Position numbers and translations under genes: made by a program
Notes under the pieces: model-generated
What the model was told of the DNA's origin: nothing
Database searches by the model: none
The model's input: the letters and a program-made list of their open reading frames with translations, nothing else
Shown: in pieces, positions 59,829 to 64,000 of the stretch
Layout: each line of letters opens with the position of its first letter
Numbering within the stretch: position 1 is the first letter of the stretch
Assembly (NCBI GenBank): GCA_963716985.1
Contig: OY970323.1
Span: 96,001-160,000 of the forward strand
Direction: 5' to 3'
DNA from: an uncultured bacterium
GTDB lineage: Bacteria > Chlamydiota > Chlamydiia > Chlamydiales > SM23-39
DNA length: 64,000 nt

Positions 59829-60137
59829 TCAAGTTCTCGATTTTTTTTCCCTCATCGTCTCAATCTCAGTCTGAAGTTGACCTACCCTCTCGCGTTCTTT
59901 GTCTGCTCGCATTCGTTCGCGTTCTATCTCTTCTTGGGCTGCTTGTAGCTGACAATCAAGCTCTTTGCTGCGGGATTTCCATTGGTCGCGATTCTCAGCG
60001 AGCTCTACGTTTCTATCTTTAAGTTTTTTGTTCGTTGCAGCTTTTTCGCGATTGATGTTTTTTAGATTGTCTCTAGAATTTCGCACACGATTCATCTGCT
60101 GACGCAAATCACCTGGTGGGGCTTTTTTCTTTTTCAT
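59829..60137 (-). CDS. IS OrfA, coiled-coil protein
   Basis: Homologous to 10579-10944; ends after an A8 run. Confidence 0.75.
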   Translation of the reverse strand: MKKKKAPPGDLRQQMNRVRNSRDNLKNINREKAATNKKLKDRNVELAENRDQWKSRSKELDCQLQAAQEEIERERMRADKERERVGQLQTEIETMREKKSRT

Positions 60138-60563
60138 TATGATTTCTCCATGGAAAAAACGTAATTTTTTAGCACTTTTTCCTTTAGAAATCAAAATTTT
60201 TATGATTTGTAGTTAAAAATTTATGTTGTGAAGTTGTGCAAAAAAATGGGGGGAGATTTCAGGCGACATTTTAAGTTCTTATCGAAAGTTTGTCACACCC
60301 CACTCGAGAGCTACTCTGCCTTTAAATTGAGCTTGATATGAAACTCGCCTAGCCATAATGTTTTTCTCCTTTTTTGTTTTTTTGGAGAAAATCTTACACA
60401 TGACTTTATTGCTTATTCAAGTGTCCAGTTTTTGGGGGGCAGCGCATTTTTTAAAAAAATTTATTGACACCAAGCCTCCAAAAAAGCATTCTCTTTTACG
60501 GTTTTCACAAAAAAATGCTCTTTGGTCTTCAATCGATCGGAGCTCTCAAAAAAGGAGGTTTTT

Positions 60564-60881
60564 ATGACAATATTAAGTGCAGCAGGAGCTGCAGGAGTTA
60601 CGGGTATTGCTGGGGCAGTTTGGGCTTATAACAGCATTTCGGATTGGTTAGGCCATCATCCGGGCGACCGCGTTAGAACACTCGCAGGAATCGATGTGAT
60701 AGTGCGAGAACAGGCGTTAAATTGGAATGCTCACAAATTAAGACTGACTATTATTTGGTCTCCAGAAGGTAGGGTGAATGATGGATTTGCTGAGAAGCAT
60801 ACGTGGCACGCCCGCTCTTCGCGTAAAGAGTGTCTACGGGAGCTGGAGACAGTAGTGGCAGAGGCCTATCCGAAAAAGTAA
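60564..60881 (+). CDS. Hypothetical protein
   Basis: AGGAGG RBS; shares RLT...SPEGR.N with the next gene. Confidence 0.7.
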   Translation: MTILSAAGAAGVTGIAGAVWAYNSISDWLGHHPGDRVRTLAGIDVIVREQALNWNAHKLRLTIIWSPEGRVNDGFAEKHTWHARSSRKECLRELETVVAEAYPKK

Positions 60882-60948
60882 TGCCGAATAGAATTTCTAA
60901 AGGTCATGTTTTTTAAAACAAAACCATTTTCGAAAAAAGGAGTTTTTC

Positions 60949-61320
60949 ATGTCATTAATCGCAGACGCTGTTACAGCAGGTGCAATAAAAGATTTTGTGG
61001 TTGCAGAAATCGGGAAACCTGTTTTTGATCAGTTTGGAAGATTAGCTGTTGATACTGCCGGAAAATTAGAAGCGTTTTTTAGAACCAAATTAGATAATCA
61101 CCATCATCTTCATATAAGGAAGTTTTTTGGAAGAGAGTTTGCAATTGACGAGTTTGCTCCCGATGTGGGCGGACGTCGCGTTCGATTAACCGTTGCAGTG
61201 TCGCCAGAGGGAAGGATGAACGGTCAATCTTTTGAAAATTCTGGCAAGACTGCTAAAAAAGCACGTGAGGGTGCCCTAAAGTGTCTTGAGTTGTTGGCAA
61301 AATATACTTACAATTACTAA
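60949..61320 (+). CDS. Hypothetical protein, paralogue of the upstream gene
   Basis: AAGGAG RBS; RLTVAVSPEGRMN. Confidence 0.7.
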   Translation: MSLIADAVTAGAIKDFVVAEIGKPVFDQFGRLAVDTAGKLEAFFRTKLDNHHHLHIRKFFGREFAIDEFAPDVGGRRVRLTVAVSPEGRMNGQSFENSGKTAKKAREGALKCLELLAKYTYNY

Positions 61321-61343
61321 GACACCAAAAAACCCACACAATT

Positions 61344-61380
61344 ATTGATAGCCTCTTATCTCATTTAGGAGGTTATCAAT
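61344..61380. terminator. Stem-loop, probable terminator
   Basis: ATTGATAGCCTCTTA / TAGGAGGTTATCAAT with two G:U pairs, 23 bp after the stop; no clear U-tract. Confidence 0.45.
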
Positions 61381-61578
61381 ATGTGAAAAAAACGTCCCTT
61401 CGTGATTGAAAATCAGTGAATTTTTCAAGAAACCCCTAAGCCCTCAAGAAATTTTTTAGAATGAAGGTGAGAGAAATTTTTTAGAAAAAACAGCGCCAAA
61501 AATTTCCAAGAGCCTTGAAAGAAAAACTCTTTTGTAAAAACCACTGCTTTCGACATGATGAGCTAAAAAAGCATCCTT

Positions 61579-62697
61579 ATGAGAAGAGTTGCCTACTATC
61601 CTTTTCTTTTGCTCATAGCTACCCTTTTTCTTTTTTTAACGCTCCCCTCTTCTTTTACCGGTAAGATCCGCCGCTCTGCGATTGGCCTGGCATCTCCCGT
61701 CTGGTCGCTCTTGCATAAAAGCCAAAAAAAATCTGCGGATGCCCTGCAATTATCTTTGGAAAATCAGAGGCTTCACGAAGTTTTGGAAGAGGTGTTTGAA
61801 TGGGTGCTGGCAGAGGAAAATATTCAAGATCAAGTGGAAGCGCTAGGATCGCTTGCTGAAAAGGCAAAAGAAAAAACGGAGAGACAAGATTTTTTTATCC
61901 GAAGAAAAAACGAGCTGCAAGCGCGCGTCGATCTGCAGCTGCAATCCATTCCTGCAAAAATCATTTTTCGCGATCCGCTTTCCTGCAATCACTTTGTTTG
62001 GATCAATGTAGGCGAGAAGGAAAATGAAGCTCTTGGTCGAACAATCATCGCTGTCGATAGCCCTGTTGTCGTGGGAGATTCTCTTGTTGGCGTTGTGGAA
62101 GAGGTGGAGAGGAGCCGATCGAAGGTGCGGCTCATTACCGATTCGGGTTTGGGGATTTCCGTGCGCACTGTTCGCGGATCGTCGCAAGAGAGCATGCTCT
62201 ATCGAATGATTGCCGCCCTTGTCCCTATTTTCAAGGAGAAGGAAAATCTATTTGCGATCGAACAAGAAAAAGAAACTTTTTTGCATATGCTTTCGCAAGT
62301 CCAAGAAAAATTCTTACAGGAAAAAAAGGAGTGGTTTTTGGCAAAGGGTGTTTTGCAGGGGACCAATCTTCCCCTCTGGCCTTTTAGCTCGCAAAAACTT
62401 GAGGGACACGGCTTTAATTATGATTGCGCAGATAGCGAAGGGGAGAGATGCGACTTGAAAAGGGGAAGCGTTTCAGGAAAAGAGGATGCGACGCCTCTCA
62501 TTGCCACGGGCGATCTTTTGATTACGAGCGGCATGGATGGTATTTTTCCATCCGGCCTTTCTGTGGCAATCGTCACCCATGTCTCTCCTTTAAAGGAGGC
62601 AGCCTATGCTTATGATTTAGAGGCTCTGCCGGTTGTCGCAAATTTGTCAGATCTATCTGTCGTCTTTGTCATGCCGCCGCTTTTTGAAAAAGAATAA
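61579..62697 (+). CDS. mreC: Rod shape-determining protein MreC
   Basis: N-terminal TM and coiled coil; LVGVVEEV...SKVRLITD and GDLLITSGMDGIFPSGLSV motifs. Confidence 0.88.
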   Translation: MRRVAYYPFLLLIATLFLFLTLPSSFTGKIRRSAIGLASPVWSLLHKSQKKSADALQLSLENQRLHEVLEEVFEWVLAEENIQDQVEALGSLAEKAKEKTERQDFFIRRKNELQARVDLQLQSIPAKIIFRDPLSCNHFVWINVGEKENEALGRTIIAVDSPVVVGDSLVGVVEEVERSRSKVRLITDSGLGISVRTVRGSSQESMLYRMIAALVPIFKEKENLFAIEQEKETFLHMLSQVQEKFLQEKKEWFLAKGVLQGTNLPLWPFSSQKLEGHGFNYDCADSEGERCDLKRGSVSGKEDATPLIATGDLLITSGMDGIFPSGLSVAIVTHVSPLKEAAYAYDLEALPVVANLSDLSVVFVMPPLFEKE

Positions 62698-62718
62698 TAT
62701 TTCACGGAACTGACCTAT

Positions 62719-63786
62719 ATGAAAAATATCTCTTGCGCAGCAGTCAATTTTGGCTTGGATGAGCGGCTTTTGGATCATATTGCCCCCTTTGCCGCCCTTC
62801 TAGACATCCCCCTTCACGTGACCGAGGAAAAAAATTTTGCACTCTTAAAACGATATTACCCCTTTGTAAAGGCGATCTTGCACAAACCGTCTGAAGTGAG
62901 TGCATCTTTTTTTGAAGATGTGGATGTTTTGTTTCAATCCACCTTTTGGCGAGAGGAAGAAAAGTCTTTTTTTTCCTACAAGAGGAAAAAAAAACTCCTC
63001 TTTGCCTATCTTCCCCATGGGAATTCCGATAAGGGATATCATGCGCCTATGATGGAGCTGGCGCGAGAGCAAGATTTCCTGCTGGTCTATGGAAACCAGA
63101 TGATCGAGCGCCTTCAAAAACAGGGAATTTGGAAGGGAGTCAAACAATGGGCAGCCCTTGGTAATTATCGAGAAGCATTGTATCGAAGACATCAAACTTT
63201 TTACGATGAGATCGTGGAAAAAGAGATCTTTTCCTCCTTGAACAATAAAAAAAAGACCTGTCTTTATGCGCCGACCTGGCAGGATCCGGAACGCTCTTCC
63301 TCTTTTTTTTCAGAAACTAGGCGTTTGGCTGAGGAAGTGAGCGATTCGTTCAATCTGCTCATTAAGCCCCATCCTCTTTTAGAGGAAAGAGATCCCTCTC
63401 TTTATCATGCGATGCTCGGCCTTTGTGAAAGAAAAAAAAATTGTACAATTGTGGAAGGAATGCCCCTGATCTACCCGCTTCTGGCTAGGTCGGATCTTTA
63501 TTTGGGAGATTTTTCTTCGATCGGATATGACTTTCTTACATTTCAAAGACCGATGTTTTTCTTTGCTACAAAAGAAAGAAGGGACGAAAATAGTTTGCAG
63601 CTTAGGACATGCGGTTTTGAAATTCCTGCAAATGAAGAGATCTTTCCTTTCATCGAAAAAAATCTTTGCCTATTTGATGAATCGATGAGAGAAAAGCAGA
63701 GGCAGATGGAATTCTTTTCCTTTGGAGAAAAAAGAGATCCTTTGCAAATTAAAGAGGATATTGTTCATCGTTTACAACAAGTTTGA
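62719..63786 (+). CDS. CDP-glycerol glycerophosphotransferase (TagB/TagF) family protein
   Basis: PHG, LYAPTW, IKPHP and GDFSSIGYDF motifs. Confidence 0.82.
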   Translation: MKNISCAAVNFGLDERLLDHIAPFAALLDIPLHVTEEKNFALLKRYYPFVKAILHKPSEVSASFFEDVDVLFQSTFWREEEKSFFSYKRKKKLLFAYLPHGNSDKGYHAPMMELAREQDFLLVYGNQMIERLQKQGIWKGVKQWAALGNYREALYRRHQTFYDEIVEKEIFSSLNNKKKTCLYAPTWQDPERSSSFFSETRRLAEEVSDSFNLLIKPHPLLEERDPSLYHAMLGLCERKKNCTIVEGMPLIYPLLARSDLYLGDFSSIGYDFLTFQRPMFFFATKERRDENSLQLRTCGFEIPANEEIFPFIEKNLCLFDESMREKQRQMEFFSFGEKRDPLQIKEDIVHRLQQV

Positions 63787-64000
63787 GATGCTCGATTTGC
63801 GAACGCTCAGAAAAGGTCTCATTGTAAATTTTCTTTTGAATCGCACAAAAAGAATCTTCTTTTTTATCGAGGAAGGCTTTGATTTTTTTCAGAAAATCGA
63901 CGGCATTTTCTTTAGAAAAAACATGGCCGCACCGGTGGAGTTGCAGACTATTTTCATCCCTCCTCTCTTCTGCGGCAAAGAAAAACATGGGCTTTTGAAA
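63749..64000 (-). CDS. C-terminal part of a convergent paralogue of the TagF-family gene (continues past the window)
   Basis: PMFFFAAEERRDENSLQLHRCG vs PMFFFATKERRDENSLQLRTCG. Confidence 0.75.
   Translation of the reverse strand, partial: FQKPMFFFAAEERRDENSLQLHRCGHVFSKENAVDFLKKIKAFLDKKEDSFCAIQKKIYNETFSERSQIEHLKLVVNDEQYPL

Larger units (their letters stand above)
58463..60302 (-). mobile_element. Two-ORF IS, same family as 9200-11111
   Basis: TIR TGGGGTGTGACAAAC; 9-bp TSD CTCGAGAGC at 58454-58462 and 60303-60311. Confidence 0.92.

Overview
Chromosomal window from an environmental chlamydia (phylum Chlamydiota). This is inferred from the thrS-parA-pGP6-D (CT581-583-like) cluster, MOMP-like porins and a chlamydial-type RpoD and S20. 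The left half (1-33.5 kb) is a tandem array of related integrative elements at the 3' half of tRNA-Pro(GGG). Element A (18868-33519, 53-bp att repeats) looks intact: P4-type integrase, AlpA, phage-type Rep, DUF5681 (TerS-like), small ORF, DinD, PD-(D/E)XK nuclease and a complete type I RM system. Element B (<1-18920) is a decaying relative with the same rep-DUF5681-small ORF core and the same nuclease. It has a different type I RM system (hsdS and hsdR each interrupted by a different IS), an AbiE type IV TA pair, and PIN-like, AlbA/Schlafen-like and nuclease cargo. The architecture resembles phage satellites (PICI-like) with a defence hotspot. The right half is mostly housekeeping (ung, MFS, thrS, porins, recCBD, rpsT, rpoD, tRNA-Ala, mreC, TagF-like). 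It also holds a IIC-like group II intron with apparently non-canonical ends and a second member of a two-ORF Mutator-like IS family. All family calls come from motif recognition by eye; no database searches were run.
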